Below, piece by piece: positions 22,826 to 33,308 of a DNA stretch of 64,000 nt; the stretch's first letter is position 1, and every line of letters begins with the position of its first letter. The translations under genes were made by a program, and so were the position numbers. The stretch is from NCBI RefSeq assembly GCF_039541115.1, contig NZ_BAABFP010000005.1, positions 1-64,000 of the forward strand, given 5' to 3'. The notes beneath the pieces are model-generated. The model ran no database searches. It saw nothing but the letters and a program-made list of their open reading frames with translations, and had not been told where the DNA came from. Source of the DNA: Angustibacter luteus (GTDB lineage: Bacteria > Actinomycetota > Actinomycetes > Actinomycetales > Angustibacteraceae).

Positions 22826-23836
22826 GTGAGCCGGATCGAGGACGTCGCCAAGGCGGCGGGCGTGTCGACCGCGACGGTCTCGCGGGCCCTGCGTGGGCTG
22901 CCCAAGGTCAGCGAGCAGACCCGGGCGAAGGTGCTGGCCGCGGCCACCGAGCTGGAGTACGTCGCCTCACCGACGGCCTCCAGCCTGGCCTCGGGCAAGA
23001 CCCACGTGGTGGGGGTCGTCGTCCCGTACGTGACCCGGTGGTACTTCGCCGGCCTGATCAGCGGCGCCTCGGAGGTACTGCGCGAGCACGGGTTCCACGT
23101 CCTGCTGTTCGACGTCGGCGACGAGGGCCCGCAGCGGGCGCTGCTGCTGGACTCCCGCATGCTGTTCAAGCGGGTGGACGCCGTGCTGGTGCTGTCCCTG
23201 CGGCTGCACGAGGCCGAGCGTGAGCTGCTCTGCCGGCTCAACATCCCCGTGGTCACCGTCGGTGTGCCGGATCCGAACTGGCCCTGCGTGCGGATCGACG
23301 ACCTGGGTACGACGCAGCAGGCGACCGAGCACCTGATCGGGCTCGGCCACACCAGGATCGGCTACATCGGTGGCGACACCGTGCCCTCGATGGACTTCCC
23401 GACGCCGGCCGACCGGGCCCGCGGCTTCCGGGACGCGATGGCCCGGCACGGGCTGGACGTCGAGCCCAGCTCGGTGGTGATGGGGGACTGGTCACCGCTC
23501 AGCGGGTTGACGGTGGGCCTGGAGCTGCTCGGCCGCCCGGATCGCCCGACTGCCGTGGTCGCGGCGTCGGACGAGCTGGCCCTGGGGATCCTGGCGGCGG
23601 CCCGGCAGCTGGGGCTGCGGGTGCCGCAGGACGTGTCGGTGGTCGGCATCGACGACCACGAGATGGCCGAGCTCTACGGGCTGACCACGATCGCGCAACC
23701 GGTCGTCGAGCAGGGTCGGATGGCGACCCGGCTGCTGCTCTCCGCCGTCGCCGGCCTCGACACGGGCCACGACGTCGCGACCGTGCCCACGACCTTGGTG
23801 CTGCGCACCTCCACGGCCCCGCCGACTCAACCCTGA
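22826..23836 (+). CDS. LacI family transcriptional regulator
   Basis: IEDVAKAAGVSTATVSRAL HTH; VPQDVSVVGIDD. Confidence 0.95.
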   Translation: MSRIEDVAKAAGVSTATVSRALRGLPKVSEQTRAKVLAAATELEYVASPTASSLASGKTHVVGVVVPYVTRWYFAGLISGASEVLREHGFHVLLFDVGDEGPQRALLLDSRMLFKRVDAVLVLSLRLHEAERELLCRLNIPVVTVGVPDPNWPCVRIDDLGTTQQATEHLIGLGHTRIGYIGGDTVPSMDFPTPADRARGFRDAMARHGLDVEPSSVVMGDWSPLSGLTVGLELLGRPDRPTAVVAASDELALGILAAARQLGLRVPQDVSVVGIDDHEMAELYGLTTIAQPVVEQGRMATRLLLSAVAGLDTGHDVATVPTTLVLRTSTAPPTQP

Positions 23837-23844
23837 GTCGCCGC

Positions 23845-25026
23845 CTACGCCCTGAGCCGGCCGAACAGGCGCCCGACCGCACTGCTCGCGACGTGCACGA
23901 GTGACTCCAACGGCCCGCGCGCGAACGTCCGCCGCCACAGCACGGCCGCCAGCATGGCGACCGCCACGTGGGTGAGCAGCAGCGCCTTGCGGTGCACCAC
24001 GTCCTGCTGGGCGTCGGCTGCCACGACGTGGAGCGTGTAGAGGGTCAAGGTCATGGAGCCGGTGGCGGCCAGGGCTCCGACGATCCCGCCGGTGAGCCGA
24101 CCGAGGCGGCGGTCGCAGACGAGCAGGGCGAGACCGAGCACCGCCAGCGCGGAGCCGGTCGTGCTGACCAGGTCGAGCGTCGTCCCGGAGTGCGCGCTCG
24201 CGACGGCCTGCCACCACCAGGTCGTCGTCGGCGTCGTCCCGTAGAGGCCGCGCAGCTCCAGCTGCGTGACCCCCAGCCAGGGTGCGACGACCTCGGTCGG
24301 CCCGGCGGCGACCAGCCGGTCCCAGCCGCCCGCGGCGAGCAGGAGGCGGGAGGCGACCGCGGCGGTGACCACCATGACCGCGCCGGAGCCGAACAGGAGC
24401 CATGCGGTCCGCCTGCGCCGCAGCGACATCCGTCCCACCGCGATGCCGACGGCGAGGAACACCAGCCAGGTCAGCACGGGGTAGTAGCCGGTCAGGGACA
24501 GCCGGGTGATCAACCCGAGCGGGTCCGCCGTGAGGTCCGAGAACGAGGGTTGCTCACCCGGGCCGGGGGCGAGGTCCGCTCGCCACGCCTGGCTGAGCAG
24601 GGGCATCACCACGGCCCACGCGGCGGCTCCCACGAGGAGCGCCCGGGACGGGCACCACAGCAGGGGCAGGGCGAGGACGAACAGCACGGCGTAGTTCACC
24701 AGGATCACGGCGATGGGCGGGTCGAGCTGGACCAGCAGCAGGCCGATCACGGCGATCAGCGCCGCCCGGGTCACCACCCGGGCGACGACGACCCGGGCGG
24801 GGCGCAGCCGGGGCTGCCGCCCGCCCGTGGCCAGCGCGAGGCTGACCCCGGCCAGCACCGCGAACAGCGCCGACGCACGCCCGCCGGCGAACCAGAACCA
24901 GGGGGTGACGTGGTCCTGGGAGTCGAGCTCGGGCAGCAGGTGCGTGCCCATCATCCCGATCAGGGCCAGGGCACGGGCGGCGTCCACCCCGCGCAGCCGC
25001 TGGCCGGCCAGCGCCGGACCGCTCAC
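23845..25026 (-). CDS. Multi-pass membrane protein, DUF418/HGSNAT-like
   Basis: RLRGVDAARALALIGM, GRASALFAVLAGVS, GSMTLTLYTLH, RGPLE; GTGA overlap with azlD. Confidence 0.8.
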   Translation of the reverse strand: MSGPALAGQRLRGVDAARALALIGMMGTHLLPELDSQDHVTPWFWFAGGRASALFAVLAGVSLALATGGRQPRLRPARVVVARVVTRAALIAVIGLLLVQLDPPIAVILVNYAVLFVLALPLLWCPSRALLVGAAAWAVVMPLLSQAWRADLAPGPGEQPSFSDLTADPLGLITRLSLTGYYPVLTWLVFLAVGIAVGRMSLRRRRTAWLLFGSGAVMVVTAAVASRLLLAAGGWDRLVAAGPTEVVAPWLGVTQLELRGLYGTTPTTTWWWQAVASAHSGTTLDLVSTTGSALAVLGLALLVCDRRLGRLTGGIVGALAATGSMTLTLYTLHVVAADAQQDVVHRKALLLTHVAVAMLAAVLWRRTFARGPLESLVHVASSAVGRLFGRLRA

Positions 25027-25349
25027 GCCGCCCAGCCCGCTGCGCGCACGGCGGCCGCCACGGCCGCCGCGACCAGGATGACCACCAGGAACGGGGCGCG
25101 CAGCAGCAGCGCGACCACGGCTGCCGCGAGTCCGGCCACCCTCGCGTCCAGCACCAACCGGCCACCAGGGGCGCCGAACGCCTGGACCGCGACCAGCCCG
25201 GCGAGCAGGCTGACCGGCAGCAGCACGAGCGCCCGGCTGGCCAGCGGTCCCTCGAGGAGTCGGGGAGGAACCGAGAAGCCGATCCGCTTGAGGGCGAACG
25301 ACAGCGCGCACGCCACGAGGACGGCGACGACCAGCGTCGTCCCGCTCAC
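25023..25349 (-). CDS. AzlD-like transporter small subunit
   Basis: Short hydrophobic ORF (LLAGLVAVQAF...DARVAG...LRAPFL) coupled to azlC-like gene. Confidence 0.82.
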   Translation of the reverse strand: MSGTTLVVAVLVACALSFALKRIGFSVPPRLLEGPLASRALVLLPVSLLAGLVAVQAFGAPGGRLVLDARVAGLAAAVVALLLRAPFLVVILVAAAVAAAVRAAGWAA

Positions 25350-26065
25350 GGTCGGGCCTCGCCCGTCGTCGGCCGCTCCCGCCGCCGTTGCAGCACGGCA
25401 CTGGCGAGGGCGACCACGCCCGCTGCGAGCACGGGCAGCCCGGCGGGCAGGACCGGGACGCAGACGAGCGCCACCGCGGCGGCGAAGACCGCCACCACCC
25501 GCGGCTCGCGGGCGGTGAGCCGTGGCCAGAGCAGCGCCAGGAACGCGGCCGCCGCCATGGCGTCCAGCCCGTAGCGTCGTGGGTCGCCCAACCGGTCCCC
25601 GGCAAGGGCGCCGACGGCGGTCATGAGATTCCAACCGGCGAAGACCGTCACGCCCGTGACCCAGAAGCCGATCCGGCGGGCCACCGGCTCGGCCTGGGCG
25701 CTGCCGACGGCGAACGACTCGTCGATGGTCAGGTGCGCCGCAACCACCCGTCGCGGTCCGCGCACGTGCAGCCAGCGGGCGACCTGCATGCCGTAGACGG
25801 CGTTGCGCACGCCGAGCAGGGTGGAGGTCGCGACCGCCGCGAACGGTCCACCGCCGGCGGCCACGACCCCGACGAACGCGAACTGCGAACCGCCGGTGAA
25901 CATCAGGGCGGACAACGCGATCGTCGACCAGAAGCCCACGCCCGCCGCGACGGACAGCGCGCCGAAGCTGACCCCGTACAGGCCGGTGGCCAGGCCGACC
26001 GAGAGCCCCTGGCGCACCACCTCGCGTCGCCGCCCGGCCGGCAGCGGCGGTGCGACGCAGGTCAC
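25346..26065 (-). CDS. AzlC-like branched-chain amino acid exporter
   Basis: YGVSFGALS, FTGGSQFAFVG, HLTIDES. Confidence 0.88.
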   Translation of the reverse strand: MTCVAPPLPAGRRREVVRQGLSVGLATGLYGVSFGALSVAAGVGFWSTIALSALMFTGGSQFAFVGVVAAGGGPFAAVATSTLLGVRNAVYGMQVARWLHVRGPRRVVAAHLTIDESFAVGSAQAEPVARRIGFWVTGVTVFAGWNLMTAVGALAGDRLGDPRRYGLDAMAAAAFLALLWPRLTAREPRVVAVFAAAVALVCVPVLPAGLPVLAAGVVALASAVLQRRRERPTTGEARP

Positions 26066-26072
26066 CGGCGGG

Positions 26073-26636
26073 TCACCGGTCGGCCGCCGACCCGATCGCG
26101 GCCGACCAGCGCAGCTCGCGCACGGTCGCCGTCCCGTCGCCGGACGCATCCAGCACCCGGGTCGCCCCGTCCACCGTGAACCCGGCCTCGGCCAGGAACC
26201 GCTGCCGATCCTCGTCGGGCTCGGGCACCCAGGCCCGCAGCACGCCGAAGCCGTTGTCCCGCAAGGTGTCTGCGCTCGCGTTGAGCAGTCGCGAGCCGTG
26301 CCCGCTCCCGGTGCTGGCGGGGTCGACGAGCAGCACGAGGATCTCGGCGTCCTGCCCGTCGACCGCGTCGGCGTCCGTGCCCGGGCTGAGCGCCACGAAC
26401 GCGACGACGTCGGGCCCGGCGGTGGCCACCAGTACCCGGTGCTGCGGCGAGGGCGGGTCGGTGATGGCAGCCAGCCAGGACTCGGCGAGGGCTGGTGGCG
26501 CCAGGGCCGCCGCGGTGCGGTCCGGCAGCAGCTGCGCGTAGGCGGCCTGCCAGGCGTTGGCGTGCACCTGTCCGATCGCGTCGGCGTCCTGAGGGCGCGC
26601 GGGGCGGACGCCAGCGTCCGGGGTCGGGGTGCTCAT
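26073..26636 (-). CDS. GNAT family acetyltransferase
   Basis: VRPARPQDADAIGQVH...LVDPASTGSGHGSRLL. Confidence 0.85.
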   Translation of the reverse strand: MSTPTPDAGVRPARPQDADAIGQVHANAWQAAYAQLLPDRTAAALAPPALAESWLAAITDPPSPQHRVLVATAGPDVVAFVALSPGTDADAVDGQDAEILVLLVDPASTGSGHGSRLLNASADTLRDNGFGVLRAWVPEPDEDRQRFLAEAGFTVDGATRVLDASGDGTATVRELRWSAAIGSAADR

Positions 26637-26669
26637 CCGGGCATTCTCGCAGCACGTAGGGTCGTGCCC

Positions 26670-27338
26670 GTGACCGATCAGCTGCCCCGCACCGCCCTCG
26701 CCGGCCGGACGTTCGCGGCCGTCCTGTTCGACCTCGACGGCACGCTCGTGGACTCGACGGCCGCGGTGGTGCGCAGCTGGGTGACCTGGGCGGTGGAGCA
26801 CGACGTCGACCCGGTGCGTCTGCAGGGCTTCCACGGCGTGCCCTCGCAGCAGATCGTCCGGGAGGTGCTGGGGGAGGAGCGGCTGCCCGGTGCCCTGGCC
26901 CGGATCGACGAGCTCGAGCTGCAGGACGTCGACGGCGTGGTCGTCCTGCCCGGCGCCTCGCAGGCGATCGCGGCCGTGCCCGGCGGCCGCGCCGCCATCG
27001 TCACCTCGTGCACCCGGCGGCTGGCGGCGGCGCGCATCGGGGCGTCCGGGCTGCTGGCACCGCAGGTCGTCGTGACGGCGGACGACGTCACCCGTGGCAA
27101 ACCCGATCCGGAGCCGTTCCTGCTCGGAGCGCAGCGCCTCGGGGTCGCCGCGCGCGCCTGCCTGGTCGTCGAGGATGCACCCAGCGGCCTGGCCGCGGCT
27201 CGCGCGGCCGGGATGGCGACCCTGGCCGTCACCACCACGACCTCGCGGTCCGAGCTGGACGCCGACCTGGTGGTCGGGACCCTGGAGGACGTCGTCTTCC
27301 GGGCGGTGCCCGACGGCATCCAGGTCGTCGCCGGCTAG
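26670..27338 (+). CDS. HAD-IA family (sugar) phosphatase
   Basis: [28 protein letters not shown] 7 nt after -10 TAGGGT. Confidence 0.9.
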   Translation: MTDQLPRTALAGRTFAAVLFDLDGTLVDSTAAVVRSWVTWAVEHDVDPVRLQGFHGVPSQQIVREVLGEERLPGALARIDELELQDVDGVVVLPGASQAIAAVPGGRAAIVTSCTRRLAAARIGASGLLAPQVVVTADDVTRGKPDPEPFLLGAQRLGVAARACLVVEDAPSGLAAARAAGMATLAVTTTTSRSELDADLVVGTLEDVVFRAVPDGIQVVAG

Positions 27339-27844
27339 CTGGCGGCCATCCGCCGGTAGCGACGGAACCGGTACGGCAGGCCGTTGGCGGACTGGTGCCA
27401 GCCCTCGGCCGGGTCGGTGCCGGCGAGCGCCCAGTCCGCGCCGGTCAGGGCCGGGGCGTACGCGTCGCCCGCGACGTCGAGGTCGATCTCGGTGACGACG
27501 ACCTCGTCGGCCAGTGGCAGCGCGGCGGCGTAGACCTGCGCACCGCCGATCACCCATACCGTGCCTGCGCTGGCCTCGCAGTGCAGGGCTTGGGCCAGGT
27601 CGTCGGTCACCTCGGCACCTTCCGCCTCGAACCCGGCGTCCCGGGAGAGGACGACGTTGCGGCGTCCGGGCAGGGGGCGGAACCTCTCGGGCAGGGACTG
27701 CCAGGTGGCCCGGCCCATCACGACCGTGCTCCCGGACGTGGCCTCGCGGAAGTGTCGCTGGTCCTCGGGCAGGTGCCAGGGCAGGGTGTTGCCGGCCCCG
27801 ATCACCCCACCCCGGGCCTGCGCCCAGATCAGGGCGACGCTCAC
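27335..27844 (-). CDS. folA: Dihydrofolate reductase
   Basis: [11 protein letters not shown]...LPWHLPED...VMGRATW...RPLPGRRN; overlaps thyA stop. Confidence 0.95.
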   Translation of the reverse strand: MSVALIWAQARGGVIGAGNTLPWHLPEDQRHFREATSGSTVVMGRATWQSLPERFRPLPGRRNVVLSRDAGFEAEGAEVTDDLAQALHCEASAGTVWVIGGAQVYAAALPLADEVVVTEIDLDVAGDAYAPALTGADWALAGTDPAEGWHQSANGLPYRFRRYRRMAAS

Positions 27845-28659
27845 ACGGCCACCGGGGCCTTGATGGCGGGGTGGTGCTGGTAGTCGACGACGGTGAGGTC
27901 GTCGTACTCGTACTCGAACAGCGATGCGGCCCGGCGCAGCTCGAGCTGCGGGAACGGGTACGGGTCGCGGCTGAGCTGCTCGGTGACCTGCTCGACGTGG
28001 TTGTCGTAGATGTGGCAGTCCCCGCCGGTCCAGATGAAGTCGCCTGGCTCGAGGCCGACCTGCTGGGCGACCATCCGGGTCAGCAGCGCGTAGCTCGCGA
28101 TGTTGAAGGGCACGCCGAGGAACAGGTCGGCGCTGCGCTGGTACAGCTGGCAGGACAGCCGGCCCTGCGCGACGTAGAACTGGAACAGGGCGTGGCACGG
28201 CGCCAGCGCCATCTGCGGGATCTCGCCCACGTTCCAGGCCGACACGATCATGCGGCGCGAGTCCGGGTCGCGGCGCAAGGTGTCGAGCAGGTCGGTGATC
28301 TGGTCGACGTGCCGCCCGTCCGGCGTCGGCCAGGCCCGCCACTGCACGCCGTAGACCGGGCCGAGGTCGCCGTTCGCGTCGGCCCACTCGTCCCAGATGG
28401 TGACGCCGCGCTCCTGCAGCCAGCGCACGTTGCCGTCGCCGCGCAGGAACCAGAGCAGCTCGAGCGCCACGGACTTGAAGTGCACCCGCTTGGTGGTGAC
28501 CAGGGGGAACGCCTGGTCGAGCGGGAACCGGAGCTGGGCGCCGAACACGCTACGGGTGCCGGTGCCCGTGCGGTCGCTCTTGGCCGCGCCGTTCGCCATC
28601 ACGTGCCGCAGCAGGTCCTCGTACTGGGTGTCGGGCCGCCCGGCCAGGTCCGCGTGCAT
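27841..28659 (-). CDS. thyA: Thymidylate synthase
   Basis: [38 protein letters not shown]. Confidence 0.98.
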   Translation of the reverse strand: MHADLAGRPDTQYEDLLRHVMANGAAKSDRTGTGTRSVFGAQLRFPLDQAFPLVTTKRVHFKSVALELLWFLRGDGNVRWLQERGVTIWDEWADANGDLGPVYGVQWRAWPTPDGRHVDQITDLLDTLRRDPDSRRMIVSAWNVGEIPQMALAPCHALFQFYVAQGRLSCQLYQRSADLFLGVPFNIASYALLTRMVAQQVGLEPGDFIWTGGDCHIYDNHVEQVTEQLSRDPYPFPQLELRRAASLFEYEYDDLTVVDYQHHPAIKAPVAV

Positions 28660-28734
28660 GCCACCACGGTAGCCAGCGCCCCCGACAGCCGACGGGTGCC
28701 GCGCCGCCCGAGCCGACGGCGGTAGGTTGGTCCC

Positions 28735-29658
28735 ATGCCCAGCACGCCTTCGGCGAACCTCGACCAGACCCCGTTCGGTCGCGTCCTGACAGCCATGGTC
28801 ACCCCGTTCACCGACGACGGTGCCCTCGACCTCGCCGCCGCCCAGACCCTCGCCACGCACCTGGTCGACCAGGGCAACGACGGCCTGGTGGTCAGCGGGA
28901 CCACGGGGGAGTCGCCGACCACCACCGACGACGAGAAGGTCCTGCTGGTCCGCGCGGTCGTGGAGGCCGTGGGTGACCGGGCCCAGGTGGTCGCGGGCGT
29001 CGGGACCAACGACACCGCGCACAGCGTCGCGGGCGCCCGCCAGGCCGCAGCGGCCGGCGCGCACGGGCTGCTGGTCGTGACTCCCTACTACAGCAAGCCG
29101 CCGCAGGCCGGGCTGCTCGCCCACTTCACGACCGTGGCCGATGCCACGGACCTTCCGGTCATGCTCTACGACATCCCGGCTCGCAGCGCGACGGCGATCC
29201 ACACCGAGACGCTGGTGCGGGCCGGTGAGCACGAGCGGATCGTCGCCGTGAAGGACGCCAAGGGCGACCTGTACGCGGGCGCCTGGGTGATGGCCCGCAG
29301 CGACCTGGCCTTCTACTCCGGGGACGACGCCGCGAACCTCGCGTGGCTGGCGCACGGGGCCGTGGGCATGGTGAGCGTGGTCTCGCACGTCGCGTCGTCG
29401 CACTACCGGGCGATGGTGGAGGCGGTGCTCGAGGGCGACCTGAACACCGCCCAGCGCATCTACCGCGAGCTCCTGCCCGCGGTGCGCGGCATCATGACCC
29501 GCACCCAGGGCGCCATCATGGCCAAGGCCGCCCTGCAGCTGCAGGGCGTGCTGAGCTCCAGGGCCGTCCGCCTGCCACTGGTGGAGGCGACCTCCGACGA
29601 GGTCTCCCTGCTGAAGACCGACCTGTCCGAGTCAGCCCTGCTGGAGGCACGCGCGTGA
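28735..29658 (+). CDS. dapA: 4-hydroxy-tetrahydrodipicolinate synthase
   Basis: [21 protein letters not shown]. Confidence 0.97.
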   Translation: MPSTPSANLDQTPFGRVLTAMVTPFTDDGALDLAAAQTLATHLVDQGNDGLVVSGTTGESPTTTDDEKVLLVRAVVEAVGDRAQVVAGVGTNDTAHSVAGARQAAAAGAHGLLVVTPYYSKPPQAGLLAHFTTVADATDLPVMLYDIPARSATAIHTETLVRAGEHERIVAVKDAKGDLYAGAWVMARSDLAFYSGDDAANLAWLAHGAVGMVSVVSHVASSHYRAMVEAVLEGDLNTAQRIYRELLPAVRGIMTRTQGAIMAKAALQLQGVLSSRAVRLPLVEATSDEVSLLKTDLSESALLEARA

Positions 29659-31340
29659 GCCATCCCCATCCCGAGCTGTCGCCGCCGCCGCCGCTCCCCC
29701 CCGGCGCCCTGCGCGTCGTCCCGCTCGGCGGGCTCGGCGAGGTCGGCCGCAACATGGCCGTGCTGGAGTTCGACGGCAAGCTGCTGATCATCGACTGCGG
29801 GGTGCTGTTCCCCGAGGACCACCAGCCCGGCGTCGACCTGATCCTGCCGGACTTCGAGTACATCGCCGACCGCCTCGACGACATCGTGGCCGTCGTGCTG
29901 ACGCACGGTCACGAGGACCACATCGGCGCCGTCCCGTACCTGCTCCGGCTGCGCCGGGACATCCCGCTGGTCGGTTCGCAGCTGACGCTGGCGCTGGTCG
30001 AGGCGAAGCTGAAGGAGCACCGGATCGCCCCGCTCACGCTGGGGGTGCGTGAGGGCCAGACCGAGCAGTTCGGACCCTTCGCCTGCGAGTTCGTCGCGGT
30101 CAACCACTCGATCCCCGACGCGCTCGCCGTCGCGGTGACCACGGGCGCCGGCACGGTCCTGCACACCGGCGACTTCAAGATGGACCAGCTGCCGCTGGAC
30201 GGCCGGATCACCGACCTGCGCGCGTTCGCGCGGTTGGGCGAGGCCGGAGTGGACCTGTTCATGGTCGACTCGACGAACGCCGAGGTGCCGGGCTTCACCG
30301 TCTCCGAGCGCGAGATCGCGCCCGTGCTGGACCGCGTCTTCGCCGGGGCCGAGCGCCGCCTGATCGTGGCCTCCTTCGCCTCGCACGTGCACCGCGTGCA
30401 GCAGGTGCTCAACGCCGCGCACGCGCACGGCCGCCGGGTCGCGCTGGTCGGCCGCTCGATGGTGCGCAACATGGGCGTGGCCAAGGAGCTGGGCTACCTC
30501 AACGTGCCCGACGGCGTGCTGATCGACGTCAAGGCGGTCGACGACCTGCCGGACGACCAGGTGGTGCTGATGTGCACCGGGTCGCAGGGCGAGCCGATGG
30601 CCGCGCTGTCCCGGATGGCCGGCAACGACCACCGGGTGCGGATCAACGAGGGCGACACCGTGGTGCTGGCCTCGTCGCTGATCCCGGGCAACGAGAACGC
30701 GGTCTTCCGGGTGATCAACGGGCTGACCCGGCTCGGCGCGAAGGTCGTGCACCAGGGCAACGCCAAGGTGCACGTGTCCGGCCACGCGAGCGCGGGCGAG
30801 CTGCTCTACTGCTACAACATCCTGCGCCCGCGCAACGTGATGCCCGTCCACGGCGAGACCCGGCACCTGGTCGCCAACCGGGACATCGCCGTCTCCACCG
30901 GCATCCCGTACGACCGGGTCGTGATGGCCGAGGACGGCGTCGTCGTCGACCTGCAGGACGGCGTGGCCCGGGTGGTCGGCGCCGTGCCCTGCGGGTACGT
31001 GTACGTCGACGGTTCCAGCGTCGGTGAGATCACCGACGCCGACCTGAAGGACCGCCGCATCCTCGGCGAGGAGGGCTTCATCTCCATCGTCGTGGTGGTC
31101 GACTCCGGCACCGGCAAGATCGTCGCCGGTCCCGAGATCCACGCCCGCGGCTTCGCCGAGGGCGACGAGGTCTTCGACGGGATCCGGCCGCAGCTGGAGT
31201 CCGCGCTGGCCGAGGCGATCGACCAGGGCACCACCGACAACTACCAGCTCCAGCAGGTGGTGCGCCGGGTCGTGGGGCGCTGGGTCGGCGGCAAGCTGCG
31301 TCGTCGTCCGATGATCATCCCGGTGGTCGTCTCCGCCTGA
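29655..31340 (+). CDS. rnj: Ribonuclease J
   Basis: PLGGLGEVGRNM, THGHEDHIG, TGSQGEPM, HVSGH, MPVHGE. Confidence 0.97.
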   Translation: MSHPHPELSPPPPLPPGALRVVPLGGLGEVGRNMAVLEFDGKLLIIDCGVLFPEDHQPGVDLILPDFEYIADRLDDIVAVVLTHGHEDHIGAVPYLLRLRRDIPLVGSQLTLALVEAKLKEHRIAPLTLGVREGQTEQFGPFACEFVAVNHSIPDALAVAVTTGAGTVLHTGDFKMDQLPLDGRITDLRAFARLGEAGVDLFMVDSTNAEVPGFTVSEREIAPVLDRVFAGAERRLIVASFASHVHRVQQVLNAAHAHGRRVALVGRSMVRNMGVAKELGYLNVPDGVLIDVKAVDDLPDDQVVLMCTGSQGEPMAALSRMAGNDHRVRINEGDTVVLASSLIPGNENAVFRVINGLTRLGAKVVHQGNAKVHVSGHASAGELLYCYNILRPRNVMPVHGETRHLVANRDIAVSTGIPYDRVVMAEDGVVVDLQDGVARVVGAVPCGYVYVDGSSVGEITDADLKDRRILGEEGFISIVVVVDSGTGKIVAGPEIHARGFAEGDEVFDGIRPQLESALAEAIDQGTTDNYQLQQVVRRVVGRWVGGKLRRRPMIIPVVVSA

Positions 31341-31350
31341 GCCGTCCTGG

Positions 31351-31378
31351 TCAAGGTCGCGCCGCTTCGTGCCGACAC
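31351..31378 (+). promoter_or_regulatory. Putative sigma28 (FliA/WhiG)-type promoter
   Basis: TCAAG-N15-GCCGACAC just upstream of the diguanylate cyclase RBS. Confidence 0.5.
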
Positions 31379-31416
31379 TTCAGCGCACCAGGTCCGAGGG
31401 CGACGAGGAGGTCACC

Positions 31417-33231
31417 ATGCCGGCGTGGAGCGCCCTGGGCGCCCGATCTCGTCGGCGTGCCCGCCAGACGGGGCTGGCAGCGGTGGTCGACCGCAGCTTC
31501 CGGCTGGTCATCGCCGGCTCGCTGGTGATCGTCGTGGTGCTCGGCCTGCTGCTGCTCTGGCTGACCACGACGTCGCGTGACGAGGTGGACCGCTACGAGC
31601 GCGCCCTGTCCGCGACCCAGGCCGGGCACACCGCGATGCTGGACCAGGAGAGCAGCCTGCGCGGGTTCGTCTCCACGAACGACCTGGCGTTCGTGCGCTC
31701 GTACGCCAAGGCGCGCGGTGACATGGAGCTGGCGAACCAGCGACTGCTCAGCACGGACGGGCGGGGTCAGGTCACCAAGGCCCTGGTCGACCTGCGGCTC
31801 GCGCAGCAGCGCTGGGTCAGCGAGTGGGCGGTCGAGGCCGCCGGTGGCCTGGCGCCCGGCGCGGTCGGCAGCGACGAGCGGACGGCCTTCCTGCTGCACG
31901 ACAAGGTCCTGTTCGACCAGTACGGCGACGCGCGGGCCGATGCGGACGAGCTCATCACCGCCCAGCTCGCTACCGCGCGTCACCACCAGGTCGTGGCGCT
32001 GGGACTGGTCGCCGGAGCCAGCATGGCGATCGGCCTGGGCATGTTCGTGGTCGCCCTGAGCCGGCGCCGGCGGCTGCGCCGCGACGTCCTCGCACCGGTC
32101 CGGGGCGTGCTGGACGGGTTGGACGCGGTCGCGGACGGACGCTACGACGAGCCGGTACAGGTCCAGGGCGCCCGCGAGCTGATCGACGTCGTCGACGGCC
32201 TCAACCGGATGACCGACCGGCTGGCCCGGGCCCGCGACGCCGCCGCCGCTCGCGAGCAGCACATCTCCGACCAGTCGGAGCAGCTGCGCAGCATCCTGAC
32301 GATGGTGCGCGAGATCGGCGGCAGCCTGAACCTGGACTACGTGGTCGCGTCCGTGGTCGGTGGCGTGGGCCGGATCGTCGGCGCCGACCGGGTCGCGGTC
32401 TGGCTCACCAGCCCGGACGGCGGTGCGCTGGTCGAGGCGCTCGGTGCGCGTCCCGCCGGCAGCCCGACGCGCCCCCCGGTCGAGCTGGGCGGTGGCGTGA
32501 TCGGCCGGGCGGCGAAGTACAGCCGGCTGGTGACCGACACCGGCGAGGGCGGCAGCCAGCGCCTCGCCGTCCCGCTCGTCGTGGGGTCCCGCGTGGTCGG
32601 GGTGCTCGACCTCGAGCTCGACGACCTCACGCCGCTGACCGACGGCGCGATCGAGGTCCTGGAGACGCTGGCCGTGCACTCGGCGACGGCGCTGGAGGCG
32701 GCCCGCCTGCACGAGGACGCCTCGCACGCGAGCGAGCACGACGCCCTGACCCAGCTGGCGAACCGCCGACGTCTGGACGCCGACCTGGCGCTCGAGTGCG
32801 AGCGCAGCGCGCGCTACGCCCGGCCGCTGGCGTTCGTGATGCTCGACCTCGACCACTTCAAACGGGTCAACGACGAGCACGGTCACGCCCGGGGCGACCA
32901 GGTGCTGCAGGCCGTCGCGGACGTGCTGACCGCAGCCCTGCGGGCGTCCGACACGGCGTACCGCTACGGCGGTGAGGAGCTCGCGATCATCCTGCGCGAG
33001 AGCGACCTGAGCGCGGCGATCGAGGTCGCGGAGCGGCTGCGCGAGCGGATCGAGACCGTGTTCTCGGCCCCGGGCGAGGTCGCCGTGACCGCCTCGTTCG
33101 GGGTGGCCGAGCTCGGGCCCCGGACCGCCATGCCGTCGGCGATCGTCGCGGCGGCCGACGAGGCCCTGTACGAGGCCAAGCGCGGTGGCCGCAACCAGGT
33201 GCGCGCCGGCGGTCAGCACTCCGCGGCCTGA
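31417..33231 (+). CDS. Membrane diguanylate cyclase (CHASE3-HAMP-GAF-GGDEF)
   Basis: LDQESSLRGF (CHASE3-like), two TM segments, HAMP, GAF, DLDHFKRVND, RASD I-site, RYGGEEL; GAGGAGG RBS. Confidence 0.9.
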   Translation: MPAWSALGARSRRRARQTGLAAVVDRSFRLVIAGSLVIVVVLGLLLLWLTTTSRDEVDRYERALSATQAGHTAMLDQESSLRGFVSTNDLAFVRSYAKARGDMELANQRLLSTDGRGQVTKALVDLRLAQQRWVSEWAVEAAGGLAPGAVGSDERTAFLLHDKVLFDQYGDARADADELITAQLATARHHQVVALGLVAGASMAIGLGMFVVALSRRRRLRRDVLAPVRGVLDGLDAVADGRYDEPVQVQGARELIDVVDGLNRMTDRLARARDAAAAREQHISDQSEQLRSILTMVREIGGSLNLDYVVASVVGGVGRIVGADRVAVWLTSPDGGALVEALGARPAGSPTRPPVELGGGVIGRAAKYSRLVTDTGEGGSQRLAVPLVVGSRVVGVLDLELDDLTPLTDGAIEVLETLAVHSATALEAARLHEDASHASEHDALTQLANRRRLDADLALECERSARYARPLAFVMLDLDHFKRVNDEHGHARGDQVLQAVADVLTAALRASDTAYRYGGEELAIILRESDLSAAIEVAERLRERIETVFSAPGEVAVTASFGVAELGPRTAMPSAIVAAADEALYEAKRGGRNQVRAGGQHSAA

Positions 33232-33308
33232 GGGCGACCCGAGCCCGAGTCACCTGGTGTGCGTGTGGCGGACGTGAAAACTGTGACTCGGGCGGTACCG
33301 TGCTCATC

